Source of the DNA: Flavobacteriales bacterium
GTDB taxonomy: Bacteria; Bacteroidota; Bacteroidia; NS11-12g; UBA955
Reading direction: 5' to 3'
NCBI GenBank assembly: GCA_947463125.1
Contig: CANHQZ010000003.1
Coordinates: forward strand, 26,483 to 90,482
Length of the DNA stretch: 64,000 nt
Positions 8,911 to 18,333 of the stretch are shown here, piece by piece; the first letter of the stretch is position 1; each line of letters begins with the position of its first letter. Under the pieces are notes generated by a model. It searched no databases and was not told the DNA's origin. It saw only the letters and a program-made list of their open reading frames with translations. The translations under genes were made by a program, and so were the position numbers.

Positions 8911-10106
8911 TTTGGAGTAATCAAGGCATGCGAATATCCGTCTGAAAAGCGGATTTCTATGTTTTCGTTTTCGGATACCTGCGAACAGGACGTTACAATG
9001 TGTCCGTTTTTGGAAATGAGAGCATAGCCCATTTCCAGGGTTTTGGCAGGTTGAAGCATATCCAGGTGTTTGTCTGCCTGCAGCAGTTTGTTTTTTTCGG
9101 CCTCCAGCAACCAGGATGCCGCCGTTTTCAGTCTTCGGGCCGCATCTTGGGCTTGTTGCTTCCCATTTTCCAGAAAACGTGAAGCTGCATTCCCAATGCG
9201 GGTTTGTCCTTCCTGAAGCCAGCCCAGAAATGCCATGTTGTGTTCGGTAATGGCAGCAGCACAGCGGGTTGGGGTTTTCAGCATAGTATGCCCCACCACA
9301 TCCGCTACGCTTACGTTTCGGTCGTGGCCTATGCCGGTAAGCACGGGTTTGGGACAATCGGCGATGGTTTTGGCCAGTTCATAGTCATCAAAAGCAGTAA
9401 GATCCGTATTACTTCCGCCGCCGCGAACCATAGCTATCACATCAAATTCCGATGCCCTGGAAACGATGCTATTGAGTTGCTTTAACAGCTCTTTTGCTGC
9501 ATTTTGACCTTGCACGGAAGCCGGAAATTCCTCCACTTCATAGGCAATATTCCAGGTGTTTTCTTTCAGTTCTTTCAAAAAATCCCGGCGCCCGTCGCTT
9601 CCGGGGGCGGCAATCAATGCCACGCGCTGCATGACCAGTGATTTGTTCAGCAATTGGTTTGCCGAAATGTAATCGCCGTCTTCCAGCCACACCAGATGGG
9701 GTACATCAAAGGCCAGTTTACGCAATACTTTTTCACGCTCCTGCTCCATTTTGCCCAGGGTATAGGCAGTGTCTATGTCCACAATATTCAGGCGAAGCCC
9801 GTAGCGTTCGTGAAACTGTATTTCAACCTCCAGCACCACCTGCAGGTTTTGCTCAAATGTGATACCGGTGATATTTTCAAATTCTTTGATCAGATGAAAA
9901 TGTTCACGCCATATCACAGCGCCTGCAGCCGCCGCAATCTCGCTGCCCTGCTTTTCAACCAGGTTGAGAAATGCGTACTGTCGGTTGTGATAAATCTTAA
10001 CGTCCGTGGTTTCGGCAATGATGCGGAATGTATGACCTGTAAAACCTGCCTCCAGGGCCCTGCGTACCCCGCCCATGAGATCGGAAAGGTTCATCCAGGG
10101 TTTCAT
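8907..10106 (-). CDS. xseA: Exodeoxyribonuclease VII large subunit
   Basis: N-terminal OB-fold region followed by the catalytic region (VRGGGS, TGIGHD motifs). Adjacent and translationally coupled to xseB. Confidence 0.9.
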   Translation of the reverse strand: MKPWMNLSDLMGGVRRALEAGFTGHTFRIIAETTDVKIYHNRQYAFLNLVEKQGSEIAAAAGAVIWREHFHLIKEFENITGITFEQNLQVVLEVEIQFHERYGLRLNIVDIDTAYTLGKMEQEREKVLRKLAFDVPHLVWLEDGDYISANQLLNKSLVMQRVALIAAPGSDGRRDFLKELKENTWNIAYEVEEFPASVQGQNAAKELLKQLNSIVSRASEFDVIAMVRGGGSNTDLTAFDDYELAKTIADCPKPVLTGIGHDRNVSVADVVGHTMLKTPTRCAAAITEHNMAFLGWLQEGQTRIGNAASRFLENGKQQAQDAARRLKTAASWLLEAEKNKLLQADKHLDMLQPAKTLEMGYALISKNGHIVTSCSQVSENENIEIRFSDGYSHALITPK

Positions 10107-11299
10107 GGGGTAATGTCGGGGGGATAAAACAGTTTATAGGAAAAACGACGTCCGCGATGCTCAATACTTACGATGTACATAGCTGAACTGATAACAGGCA
10201 ATGTTTCAATCTTGTTTTGTGTGATGCTTTTATTTCTGATAACAAATCTTCCTGCGGCATCAATCAGGGAATAGGTTACCGTCCCGATGACATTCTTGAA
10301 TACAATATCCCGGGTGCCAAAAACATGGTATGATTTCAGTTCGGGCATAGGGTCAGGGTTTACGAAATCAGTTATGTTGGATGAATACAAACTACTGGAA
10401 TACCGCAAGCCACTTGCATTGTTTTGTCCAAGGCCGCAAAACCCTTTGCTGCCTATGGCAAAACCGGTGGTGCCGTAAGAAAAATTCTCCGGATAATCTG
10501 TCATCCGTTGCCATGTGTTGGTTTGCTTCTGATAAATCCACCAGTCTTGGTAATGGGTGGTGTAGTAGCGTCCATTTCCGATAAAAAGCTTGTTGCCTAT
10601 CACGAATCCGGCGGGGCAAACCCTTGGGCCGCCTGCAAAGTCCGGCAGGGATTTCCAGGTATCGGATGAAGGGTCATATTCAAAGAAGTCATTGAAATGG
10701 GTACCCCGAATAAATCCTCCCAATACGTACCCTTTATTGTTGATGGATTCCAAAAAGGGGTAGAATCTGGGTTCACCGGGAAAATCTTTTTTACGCTGCC
10801 AGGCATTGTTGCGTGGGTTATAAGCATAAAAGTTCCGGTTTGCGCTGCCATCACCGGCCATCCCTCCCATCACATATCCCAGAGAATCGATTGAAAATGC
10901 CCGTGCAGCCCTCCAATCCATAGGAAAATCTGCAATGCGGTTCCACGTGTCTGTTTTTGGATTGTAGCGGTAAAAATCCCGAAAATGGGTTCCGATGGTC
11001 ACCCCGCAGCCTACATAGGCAAAACTGTCAATAACAAAGGCTGTTGCCTCGCCCCGTGCCGCGCCAGGAAACGGATTTTTCTGACTCCAGTTGTCTGATA
11101 CGGGATCGTACATCCATACATCACGCCGGTAGCCTGTGGCATCTGTTCCGCCCACCAGGTATGCAAAGCCGTTTAGGGTAAAATGGGTGGCTGCAACCCG
11201 GCCCTGCAAGGGAAACGATGCTTTTGCATCCCATGGTGTTTGTGCGGCAGCCGCCGCGGCAAAAATTGCCATAATAAAAGCAAGCACAAGTCTCAGCAT
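10103..11299 (-). CDS. Kelch-repeat secreted protein with a probable T9SS C-terminal domain
   Basis: Signal peptide. Repeated Kelch-like units (GY..GG......DFW.Y.P..D.W). C-terminal ~80 aa beta-rich tail resembling a T9SS sorting domain (TYSLIDAAGRFV...MYIVSIE). Confidence 0.65.
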   Translation of the reverse strand: MLRLVLAFIMAIFAAAAAAQTPWDAKASFPLQGRVAATHFTLNGFAYLVGGTDATGYRRDVWMYDPVSDNWSQKNPFPGAARGEATAFVIDSFAYVGCGVTIGTHFRDFYRYNPKTDTWNRIADFPMDWRAARAFSIDSLGYVMGGMAGDGSANRNFYAYNPRNNAWQRKKDFPGEPRFYPFLESINNKGYVLGGFIRGTHFNDFFEYDPSSDTWKSLPDFAGGPRVCPAGFVIGNKLFIGNGRYYTTHYQDWWIYQKQTNTWQRMTDYPENFSYGTTGFAIGSKGFCGLGQNNASGLRYSSSLYSSNITDFVNPDPMPELKSYHVFGTRDIVFKNVIGTVTYSLIDAAGRFVIRNKSITQNKIETLPVISSAMYIVSIEHRGRRFSYKLFYPPDITP

Positions 11300-11345
11300 A
11301 ATATCAAATATACGAAAAATAATTCAGTATTGCCAATGCGGTTTG

Positions 11346-11975
11346 TTACTGCGCAATGGTGTAATAGAACGTGGCTTTGCTGATTACGCTGGTCATTTCG
11401 TCATTGCGGATTTCGGCATATTTCTCAACAATGGGAAATCCTGCTTTTTGTTTCAGTTTTTTGAATGGCACATTTAGCACATTCCGGTGAATGGCCAGCG
11501 ATTTGCCCGGTTCGGCCGAACACTGGTGGCGAAGGTACTTGCCCGCGGGTATGGTAAATGTGGACATTCCTGCTGCTTTCAGTGGTTTCTGCACAGGAAT
11601 GCCTATGAAAATGCGTGTAGCTTTCGCGGCATCCGGATTTTCCAACAGCACGATATGGTAACTCCCGGTTATCACAGCCTTATTTTCGCTGATGGCTAGC
11701 ATAATGGCGGGCAATTGCTGTTTTAGTTGTTCGGGAATTGCCGGATAACTGCAGTTTACTTCCTTCCCCAATAAACAGAGCTTTTGTAAGGTACTCTTGT
11801 CGGTAATGCTGTGTTCATCTGCCTCAACCAGATCGGGCTGTGTAGTGTGTATTTGTGTTGTATCTACTGCGGTGGTTGCAGATGAATCAGTTTGGGTGTT
11901 TTTTTCCTTGGCGGAGGGATTGCAGGCCCAGGCCAAAAGTAACATAGGCAGTGCTAAAGCAGAAATTCGCATCAT
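11346..11975 (-). CDS. Hypothetical lipoprotein, possibly GyrI-like effector-binding fold
   Basis: Lipobox (LLLAWAC). The C-terminal half (IGIPV...TIPAGKYL...FPIVEKY) loosely resembles GyrI-like domains. Weak call. Confidence 0.4.
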   Translation of the reverse strand: MMRISALALPMLLLAWACNPSAKEKNTQTDSSATTAVDTTQIHTTQPDLVEADEHSITDKSTLQKLCLLGKEVNCSYPAIPEQLKQQLPAIMLAISENKAVITGSYHIVLLENPDAAKATRIFIGIPVQKPLKAAGMSTFTIPAGKYLRHQCSAEPGKSLAIHRNVLNVPFKKLKQKAGFPIVEKYAEIRNDEMTSVISKATFYYTIAQ

Positions 11976-12082
11976 TGTTCAAAATAACATCGGAGTTTGC
12001 ACACGGCAAAGTCAATTTTTATTGTGCAGATTCTGTGTAAAAGGCACATTTACGATTGCTCAATTATGGGTAACTTTGCCTT

Positions 12083-12334
12083 GTGAAATTTTTCGCAGAA
12101 ATCGAAATCATGCCCAAAAAAGGGTTGCTTGACCCGCAGGGCAAAGCCGTTACGCACAGCATGTCGTCTATTGGTCTGCCGCATGTCACTGAAGTGCGTG
12201 TTGGTAAATTCATTACCATGGAAATGGAAGCTGCCGATGAAGCTGCCGCCCATGCAGCAGCCGAAACAGCCTGCAAAAAGCTGCTTGCCAACCTTATCAT
12301 GGAAAGCTACCACATTCGTGTAAAAGCGCTCTGA
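12083..12334 (+). CDS. purS: Phosphoribosylformylglycinamidine synthase subunit PurS
   Basis: 83 aa. Contains KKGLLDPQGKAV and the rest of the PurS pattern. GTG start. Confidence 0.9.
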   Translation: MKFFAEIEIMPKKGLLDPQGKAVTHSMSSIGLPHVTEVRVGKFITMEMEAADEAAAHAAAETACKKLLANLIMESYHIRVKAL

Positions 12335-12642
12335 TGATTGTTTACAACGTCACCTGCCACATTTCATCCGATATGGAGGCCGAATGGCTTTCCTGGATGC
12401 GCGATGAGCATTTACCGGAGGTGATGGCCACCGGTTGTTTTCTGGATGTGAAAATGATGCGCTTGCTTACCCAGGCGGATGACGATGAGGGAATCAACAT
12501 TGCCGTGCAGTATACTGCGCAGAGCATGACAGATTATGAGCGCTACCGTGAAAATTTTGCACCCGCACTGCAGGCCAAAACCCGCGAAAAATATGGCGAA
12601 CGCGTATTGGCATACCGCAGTTTGCTTGAGGTGATTGGGTGA
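12334..12642 (+). CDS. DUF4286-like small protein
   Basis: 102 aa. MIVYNVTCHI...EW..WM..EH.PEVM pattern. Start overlaps the purS stop (TGATG). Confidence 0.6.
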   Translation: MIVYNVTCHISSDMEAEWLSWMRDEHLPEVMATGCFLDVKMMRLLTQADDDEGINIAVQYTAQSMTDYERYRENFAPALQAKTREKYGERVLAYRSLLEVIG

Positions 12643-12703
12643 TGGTACAATAGTTTATTAGTCAGGCCTGTGGTCATGTCCTGAAAAAGGCTTACCGTGT
12701 AGC

Positions 12704-13426
12704 TTACTGCCAGGCAAGATTCAACTTCAATGTAACATCCTTGCCGGTAAGAATTACGGTGCTGGGATACGTGCCGCGGTAAAAGTTGGGATTAAAGGAT
12801 ACACTCCCGATTAGATCGCTGGGATCCAACAGGTCGTAGTCTAGGATTTGGATGGTTCTGTCTGTATTGATAGGCGAAATAGTATAGGCCGGACTCAGTG
12901 TCCAGTTTCGGGGCAGGTTGCCGGCAGCGGTATTGTCGAAGCGCGCACTGCTTCCATCCAGCAGCACGTCACCGGCGGTATTGGTTATTTTATAACACAC
13001 ATCGGGGCCATCAAACAAGTCCCATCCGGCACCGTTCTGGTCGGCAAAGGGCATGGCAGTAAGTGAAATACTTTGGATGGAGCAAATGGTAGGGGCTGGA
13101 AGAATATTCAGGGTTTTTGAAACGCTGTGGCTGCCTCCCGGTCCGGTTGCGGTCAGTTTTACGGTAAAATCACCCCCGCTTTGGTAGGCATGCGAGGGGT
13201 TTTTTGCCGTTGAAGTGTCTCCGTCCCCAAATTCCCACAGATACTTATCTGCATTGATAGACGCATTGGCAAACACAACGGTGGCAGGTGCCTTTGCATC
13301 GGCTCCGGTGTAGGTAAAATCAGCTGTAGGTTTCGGCAGTTGGGGCGCTTCAGTCTTTTTCTTGCAGGCGGATATTGTAACAAGCGCCACAACGGATAAT
13401 GAAAAAAGGGTAAATGGTATTTTCAT
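12704..13426 (-). CDS. PKD-domain lipoprotein
   Basis: Lipobox (TISAC). PKD signature (V.F.N.S......Y.WEFGDG.TS...NPSH.Y...G.F.V.L.A.G.GG). Confidence 0.75.
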   Translation of the reverse strand: MKIPFTLFSLSVVALVTISACKKKTEAPQLPKPTADFTYTGADAKAPATVVFANASINADKYLWEFGDGDTSTAKNPSHAYQSGGDFTVKLTATGPGGSHSVSKTLNILPAPTICSIQSISLTAMPFADQNGAGWDLFDGPDVCYKITNTAGDVLLDGSSARFDNTAAGNLPRNWTLSPAYTISPINTDRTIQILDYDLLDPSDLIGSVSFNPNFYRGTYPSTVILTGKDVTLKLNLAWQ

Positions 13427-13564
13427 AAGATGATCATTTATTTTCGAAACTATAGTTATTCAACTACAATATCCAATTTTTTTTGTATCTGCATTAAGCA
13501 ATAAAAGGGACTGAAAGGAAAACTTTATAAGCACCAATTCCGTCAATTTCAGCATCTTTGCCAA

Positions 13565-14587
13565 ATGATAAACATGATCAAGGCAGATAGTTTTCCCTTT
13601 GAAGGTCATGTTTTGATTGATGTGCGCAGCGAGGCGGAATTTGAAAGGGGGCACATTCCCGGAGCCGTTAATATTCCGTTGCTGGGCAACGAAGACCGGG
13701 TGCAGGTAGGCACAACCTACAAGCAACAAGGCCGGGATGCCGCTGTGGCATTGGGGTTTAAACTGTTGGGTCCCCGGTTTCACACGTTGTATGAGGAATT
13801 TAAAGCGGCGGGTGCCAAGCCCTTGTTTTATTGCTGGCGCGGTGGTTTAAGAAGCCACATTTCTGCCACTTTGCTGGAATGGGGCGGACAATCCGTGAGT
13901 CTCCTTTCCGGTGGCTACAAGGCTTACCGGCATTTAGTGCAAACTGAATTGGCAAAACCCAGAAACATGGTGTTATTGGGTGGCATGACCGGTGTGGGAA
14001 AAACCGAAATCCTGCACCTGCTGGCAGAGAAGGGCTATCCTGTAATTGATCTGGAAGGGATCGCCTCACACAGAGGCAGTGCCCTGGGTGGTTTGGGTAT
14101 GCCGGCACAACCCACGGTGGAAATGTTTGAGAATTTGCTGCACAAAGCGGTTTCAGCTTTACCTGTTGCACAAACACTCATACTGGAAAATGAAAGCCGC
14201 AAGATTGGAACCTGTGTTATGCCGGAAGGTTTTTGGCAAAATATGCTGAAAAGTACGGTGCTTGAAATTGATGTGTCGCAGCATCAGCGCAAGGAACGCC
14301 TGGAAAAGGAATATGCCGGTTTTGCCCCTGAAATACTGGCAGAAAAAACCGAAAAACTAAGAAAAAGGCTGGGTGGATTGCTTTGCCAGCAAGCGAAACA
14401 GGCTATTCTGGAAGGCAGAAAAGCGGAATGGGTGGAGATATTGATGGGCTATTACGACAAATCGTACCGTTATTTTATAGCAGAAAATGGTTTTCGTCCT
14501 GAGCCACAGCCCTGGGACTGGCAGCAAACCGAAAACAGCCTTGAATTGTTAATGAAAAAACTGAAATTGTATGGAATTGAAAAATAA
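13565..14587 (+). CDS. selU: tRNA 2-selenouridine(34) synthase
   Basis: N-terminal rhodanese domain with active-site CWRGGLRS. P-loop GGMTGVGKT. The length and domain order are typical of SelU/MnmH. Confidence 0.85.
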   Translation: MINMIKADSFPFEGHVLIDVRSEAEFERGHIPGAVNIPLLGNEDRVQVGTTYKQQGRDAAVALGFKLLGPRFHTLYEEFKAAGAKPLFYCWRGGLRSHISATLLEWGGQSVSLLSGGYKAYRHLVQTELAKPRNMVLLGGMTGVGKTEILHLLAEKGYPVIDLEGIASHRGSALGGLGMPAQPTVEMFENLLHKAVSALPVAQTLILENESRKIGTCVMPEGFWQNMLKSTVLEIDVSQHQRKERLEKEYAGFAPEILAEKTEKLRKRLGGLLCQQAKQAILEGRKAEWVEILMGYYDKSYRYFIAENGFRPEPQPWDWQQTENSLELLMKKLKLYGIEK

Positions 14588-15260
14588 AATTGCCGTGGTT
14601 ACCGGCGCCAACAAAGGCATTGGCCTGGAGTGTGTGAAAATGTTGCTGGAAAAAGGTGCAACGGTCTATGGCATTTGCCGCAGCGGATGCAGCTTACAGC
14701 ATGAGAAATACCATTGTCTGCATGCCGATGTGGGCAATCAGGCGCAGGTAGATGCGGTAATGGACGGTATTTTACACACACATGGTGCCGTGGATATCCT
14801 GATTAACAATGCCGGTTTGGGTTATTTTGGCATGTGTGAAGAACTGAGCTTGGAACAATGGCATGAGATGTTCAATACCAATGTGAGCGGTATTTTCTAT
14901 TTTACCCGCAGGGTATTGCCCGGTATGAAAAAGCAGGATTCAGGTCACATTGTAAATATTGCCAGCATTGCCGGTCTGGAAGGATATCAGCAGGTTTCGG
15001 GGTATTGTGCCACCAAGTTTGCGGTGCGCGGGTTCAGCGATGCACTGTACAAGGAAGTGCGCGATTTTGGGGTAAAGGTTACCTGCGTGTATCCTGGTAG
15101 TGTAAAAACCGATTTTTTCAGGCACAGTGCCAATATCAAGGCGCATGACAACATGCTGATGCCGGAAGATGTAGCCGCACAAATCGTATATGCGCTGGAG
15201 AGTCCGGCCAACTACCACCCTGTAAACCTCGAGATCAGGCCGCTGAAACCAAGGGGTTAA
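14571..15260 (+). CDS. SDR-family oxidoreductase
   Basis: TGANKGIG cofactor motif, NNAG, and catalytic Y-x3-K (YCATK). Overlaps the selU 3' end by 17 nt. Confidence 0.85.
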   Translation: MELKNKIAVVTGANKGIGLECVKMLLEKGATVYGICRSGCSLQHEKYHCLHADVGNQAQVDAVMDGILHTHGAVDILINNAGLGYFGMCEELSLEQWHEMFNTNVSGIFYFTRRVLPGMKKQDSGHIVNIASIAGLEGYQQVSGYCATKFAVRGFSDALYKEVRDFGVKVTCVYPGSVKTDFFRHSANIKAHDNMLMPEDVAAQIVYALESPANYHPVNLEIRPLKPRG

Positions 15261-15319
15261 TTTGTGCAGCGCTGTTCATTTTATTTTAAAAAATAAATAA
15301 AATAATACGCGAAATTATT

Positions 15320-16045
15320 TTACTGTCTGTCTGCAATTAAATCCAGATAAAAATATTTCATTATAGCATTCATGCTGTTTGAATAAATGCCTTTTCCATT
15401 ATAAATAATGAAATCGCTGTAAAATGAGCCCGTATTGTTTTTGCTGATACAAAAAATAGAAACATGAGGCTGCGATTCAACACAGGATAATATATTTATT
15501 TTATGAATAATATACAATGCATTTATACGCGCTATATTTTCAATGTATTGTGTATGTAAAAATGGCAGTAGCAACCAGCATTTTCCATCCATATTTAACA
15601 GCGTATTTATTTTCTGCAATAAAGTTTCAAAATCAAGGGTGACCGTATGCCGAGCCCTGCGTTTGTCTTCGCTTTCGCTTGGTAACTGATTCTCAAAAAA
15701 CGGTGGATTGCACACTATGGCATCAAATTGTTTGCCCTGTTCCCATTCACGGATATCGGCCTTTACTGCGTTTAATCGGTCTTTCCAGGGAGAATTCTCA
15801 AAATTCAAATGGGCTTGATTTACACTTGCTTCATCAATATCAACTGCCGTAAAATGGGCTTCAGGAAACCGTTGCGCCAGCATCAATGACAACAAACCCG
15901 TGCCTGTTCCAATGTCCAGCGCACTTTTTGCTTTTCCAATATCTGCGATGGCGCCGAAAATACAGGCATCGGTGGTGACCGGCATACAACCGCCTTCCTG
16001 CGCTACTTCAAATTGTTTAAAACGAAATGGCCTGCGGCTTTTCAT
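15320..16045 (-). CDS. tRNA1(Val) (adenine37-N6)-methyltransferase-like SAM methyltransferase
   Basis: SAM motif DIGTGTGLLSLMLAQR and NPPF catalytic motif. Start placed at the ATG that overlaps the upstream ABC gene stop (ATGA). The track ORF extends 19 codons further. Confidence 0.7.
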   Translation of the reverse strand: MKSRRPFRFKQFEVAQEGGCMPVTTDACIFGAIADIGKAKSALDIGTGTGLLSLMLAQRFPEAHFTAVDIDEASVNQAHLNFENSPWKDRLNAVKADIREWEQGKQFDAIVCNPPFFENQLPSESEDKRRARHTVTLDFETLLQKINTLLNMDGKCWLLLPFLHTQYIENIARINALYIIHKINILSCVESQPHVSIFCISKNNTGSFYSDFIIYNGKGIYSNSMNAIMKYFYLDLIADRQ

Positions 16046-16767
16046 GCGCTGAACAATGTCGCGGGATCGGTGTGTGCTAAGGTTTCTTGATTCCATTCCC
16101 ACCGGAAATCCCCTTTTCCCTGCAAGAGCAACATTGCATCGGCACTTTTTAGTGCCAATTCAAGGTCGTGGCTGCTAAATAGGATGGTTTTGCCCATCTC
16201 AGTGCACCATTTTTTCATGCGTGCCAGCATTTCCCTTCTGCCGGGATAATCCAGAAAGGCGAGGGGTTCATCCATCAGTATTATGGGTGTTTCCTGAGCC
16301 AGCGCACGCGCAATCATCACTTTTTGTTTTTCGCCGTCGCTGAGGGTGTTGAATTGTCTTTCGGCAAAAGCTTCCATGCCGCATATTTCCAGTGCTCTCA
16401 GGAGTTCGTTTTCATGGTCTCTGATATTGCCGTTCCAGCCGGATACAAAACGAAGCCTGCTGCTGAAAACCACTTCTTTGGCCGTTGTTAAAGGCATATC
16501 CGGCGGGTGTGTAAATACCTGGCTGATGAGTGATGCGCGGGTTTCTACGCTTGCTTTGTGTATATCGGTGCCGTTTACGGTAACACTACCGGATAAGGGT
16601 TTAGTTAGTCCGCCTAGAATCTGCATCAGCGTGCTTTTGCCCGCCCCGTTTTTTCCTGCCAGCAGCAACAATGTGCCCGATTTTATGTCAAAATCCATAG
16701 GGCCGTGTAATACGCAGGAATTTTTTCCTTGTACATAGCCGCTTTCCAGAGATTCTGCCCTAAACAT
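16042..16767 (-). CDS. ABC transporter ATP-binding protein
   Basis: Walker A GKNGAGKST, signature LSDGEKQ, Walker B ILMDEP. Start chosen so Walker A sits about 38 aa from the N-terminus. Confidence 0.8.
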   Translation of the reverse strand: MFRAESLESGYVQGKNSCVLHGPMDFDIKSGTLLLLAGKNGAGKSTLMQILGGLTKPLSGSVTVNGTDIHKASVETRASLISQVFTHPPDMPLTTAKEVVFSSRLRFVSGWNGNIRDHENELLRALEICGMEAFAERQFNTLSDGEKQKVMIARALAQETPIILMDEPLAFLDYPGRREMLARMKKWCTEMGKTILFSSHDLELALKSADAMLLLQGKGDFRWEWNQETLAHTDPATLFSA

Positions 16768-17290
16768 GGTATTGCCCCACAAATTTGCGCATTTTTGCAC
16801 TGTGAATTTGCATTTATCTGCAGCCGCTGAAAAAGATATTTCGACCATTCAGGACCTGGCCCGGGAAATTTGGAACGACCATTATCCCGCCATCATTGGT
16901 CGGGAGCAGGTGGATTATATGCTAAACCGCATGTATGCCGCAGATTCCATGCTACAGCAAATGCAGTCCGGGCAGCAGTTTTTTCTGGTGATGGAAAATG
17001 AAAACCCTATTGGTTTTGCCTCGGTAGAGAATAAAGGGCAGGGAAAATATTTTCTGAACAAATGCTATATCAAAACTACCCTGCAGCGCTCCGGTGTGGG
17101 CTCTTATGTTATTCATGAAATTCTGAAAAAATATGAAGATTGCCGCGAATTGCGCCTGCAGGTGAACCGTCAGAATTACAAGGCCATTAATTTTTATTTT
17201 AAAATGGGTTTTGTGATAGAGCAGGTGGCCGATTTTGATATCGGCGACGGTTATTTCATGAATGATTTTATGATGCTGCTGAAGCGTTAA
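16766..17290 (+). CDS. GNAT-family N-acetyltransferase
   Basis: Acetyl-CoA binding pattern (LQRSGVGSYVIHEI). Start is ambiguous: the ATG at 16766 overlaps the divergent ABC start codon (CATG), and GTG at 16802 is an alternative. Confidence 0.7.
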   Translation: MVLPHKFAHFCTVNLHLSAAAEKDISTIQDLAREIWNDHYPAIIGREQVDYMLNRMYAADSMLQQMQSGQQFFLVMENENPIGFASVENKGQGKYFLNKCYIKTTLQRSGVGSYVIHEILKKYEDCRELRLQVNRQNYKAINFYFKMGFVIEQVADFDIGDGYFMNDFMMLLKR

Positions 17291-18333
17291 TTGCCCAGCT
17301 TATTGGCCAGCTGACCACAGGCGGCATCAATGTCCTTACCGCGGCTTCTGCGCACATTCACAATCAATTTAGCAGCCGCAAGTCCGTTGGCAAAACGTTC
17401 CAGCTTATTGTCCTGCGTGGGCAGATAAGGGGCGAGTTCGCCTATAGGATTGTATTCAATCAGGTTGATTTTGCAGGGAAATTTCCGTGCAAATGCAATC
17501 AGTTCGCGCATTTCCTCGCCATCGTCGTTTACGCCTTCCATCACGGTGTACTCCAGCGTGGGCCTTGTACCTGTTTTGTCGTACCAGTGTTTTAGCGCAT
17601 CGGCAAGCATTTCCAGGTTGTTGCTGGCGTTGATGGGCATAATGGCGGTGCGTTTTTCATCGTTGGCGGCGTGTAGGCTCAGTGCGAGGTTGAATTTGGC
17701 GCCGTCGTCGGCCATTTTCACAATCATTTTGACAATGCCCGCAGTGCTGACGGTAATGCGCTGAGGACTCATGTTCAGGCCGTTTTCGCCGGTGATGAGT
17801 TCCACACTGCGCCACATATTGGCGTAATTGAGCAAGGGTTCGCCCATGCCCATGTATACGATGTTGTCAAGCCCTTTTCCGTAGTGCTTTTCAGCCAGTT
17901 CATTTAACAGCCACACCTGGTCATAAATTTCACCGGCCTCGAGGTTGCGCTGTCTTTTTAAGTAGCCTGTGGCGCAGAATTTACAATCGAGGCTGCAGCC
18001 CACCTGGCTGCTCACGCAGGCAGTAACGCGGGTTTCGGTAGGGATGAGCACGCCTTCGATCAGGTTGCCGTCGTGCAGTACAAAACTGCATTTAATGGTG
18101 CCGTCTTTGCTTTTTTGCTGGGTGTGTATTTGCGCGGGCAGCAGGCTGAAATGGCTTTGCAGCTTGTCTCTCAGGGCCAGCGACAAATTGGTCATACTCG
18201 CAAAATCCCGTGCGCCTTTCCTCCATAGCCATTCATAAATTTGCCGGCCCCTGAATGCGGGTTCCCCAAGGTCTTTGAGGGCCTGTTCCAGTTGAGGAAG
18301 GGTAAGGGATCGGATATCCTGAGCGGTACTCAT
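17287..18333 (-). CDS. rlmN: 23S rRNA (adenine2503-C2)-methyltransferase, radical SAM
   Basis: CxxxCxxC radical SAM motif (CSLDCKFCATG), MGMGEPL, and conserved C-terminal Cys (DIDAACGQL). Confidence 0.93.
   Translation of the reverse strand: MSTAQDIRSLTLPQLEQALKDLGEPAFRGRQIYEWLWRKGARDFASMTNLSLALRDKLQSHFSLLPAQIHTQQKSKDGTIKCSFVLHDGNLIEGVLIPTETRVTACVSSQVGCSLDCKFCATGYLKRQRNLEAGEIYDQVWLLNELAEKHYGKGLDNIVYMGMGEPLLNYANMWRSVELITGENGLNMSPQRITVSTAGIVKMIVKMADDGAKFNLALSLHAANDEKRTAIMPINASNNLEMLADALKHWYDKTGTRPTLEYTVMEGVNDDGEEMRELIAFARKFPCKINLIEYNPIGELAPYLPTQDNKLERFANGLAAAKLIVNVRRSRGKDIDAACGQLANKLGN

Noticed and set aside
8719-9357. A 212 aa ORF extending xseB upstream through the 3' half of xseA
   Set aside because: Only the last 63 aa resemble XseB. 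The internal ATG at 8908-8910 overlaps the xseA stop in an ATGA coupling, and the upstream extension is Arg/Gly/Cys/Pro-rich out-of-frame xseA sequence.
15320-15560. The markedly AT-rich 3' portion of the tRNA methyltransferase gene, considered as a possible foreign insertion or gene fusion
   Set aside because: The encoded tail (...YSNSMNAIMKYFYLDL...) matches the C-terminal pattern I recall for Bacteroidota TrmN6-like proteins. There are no flanking repeats or mobile genes, so this is probably just local composition.
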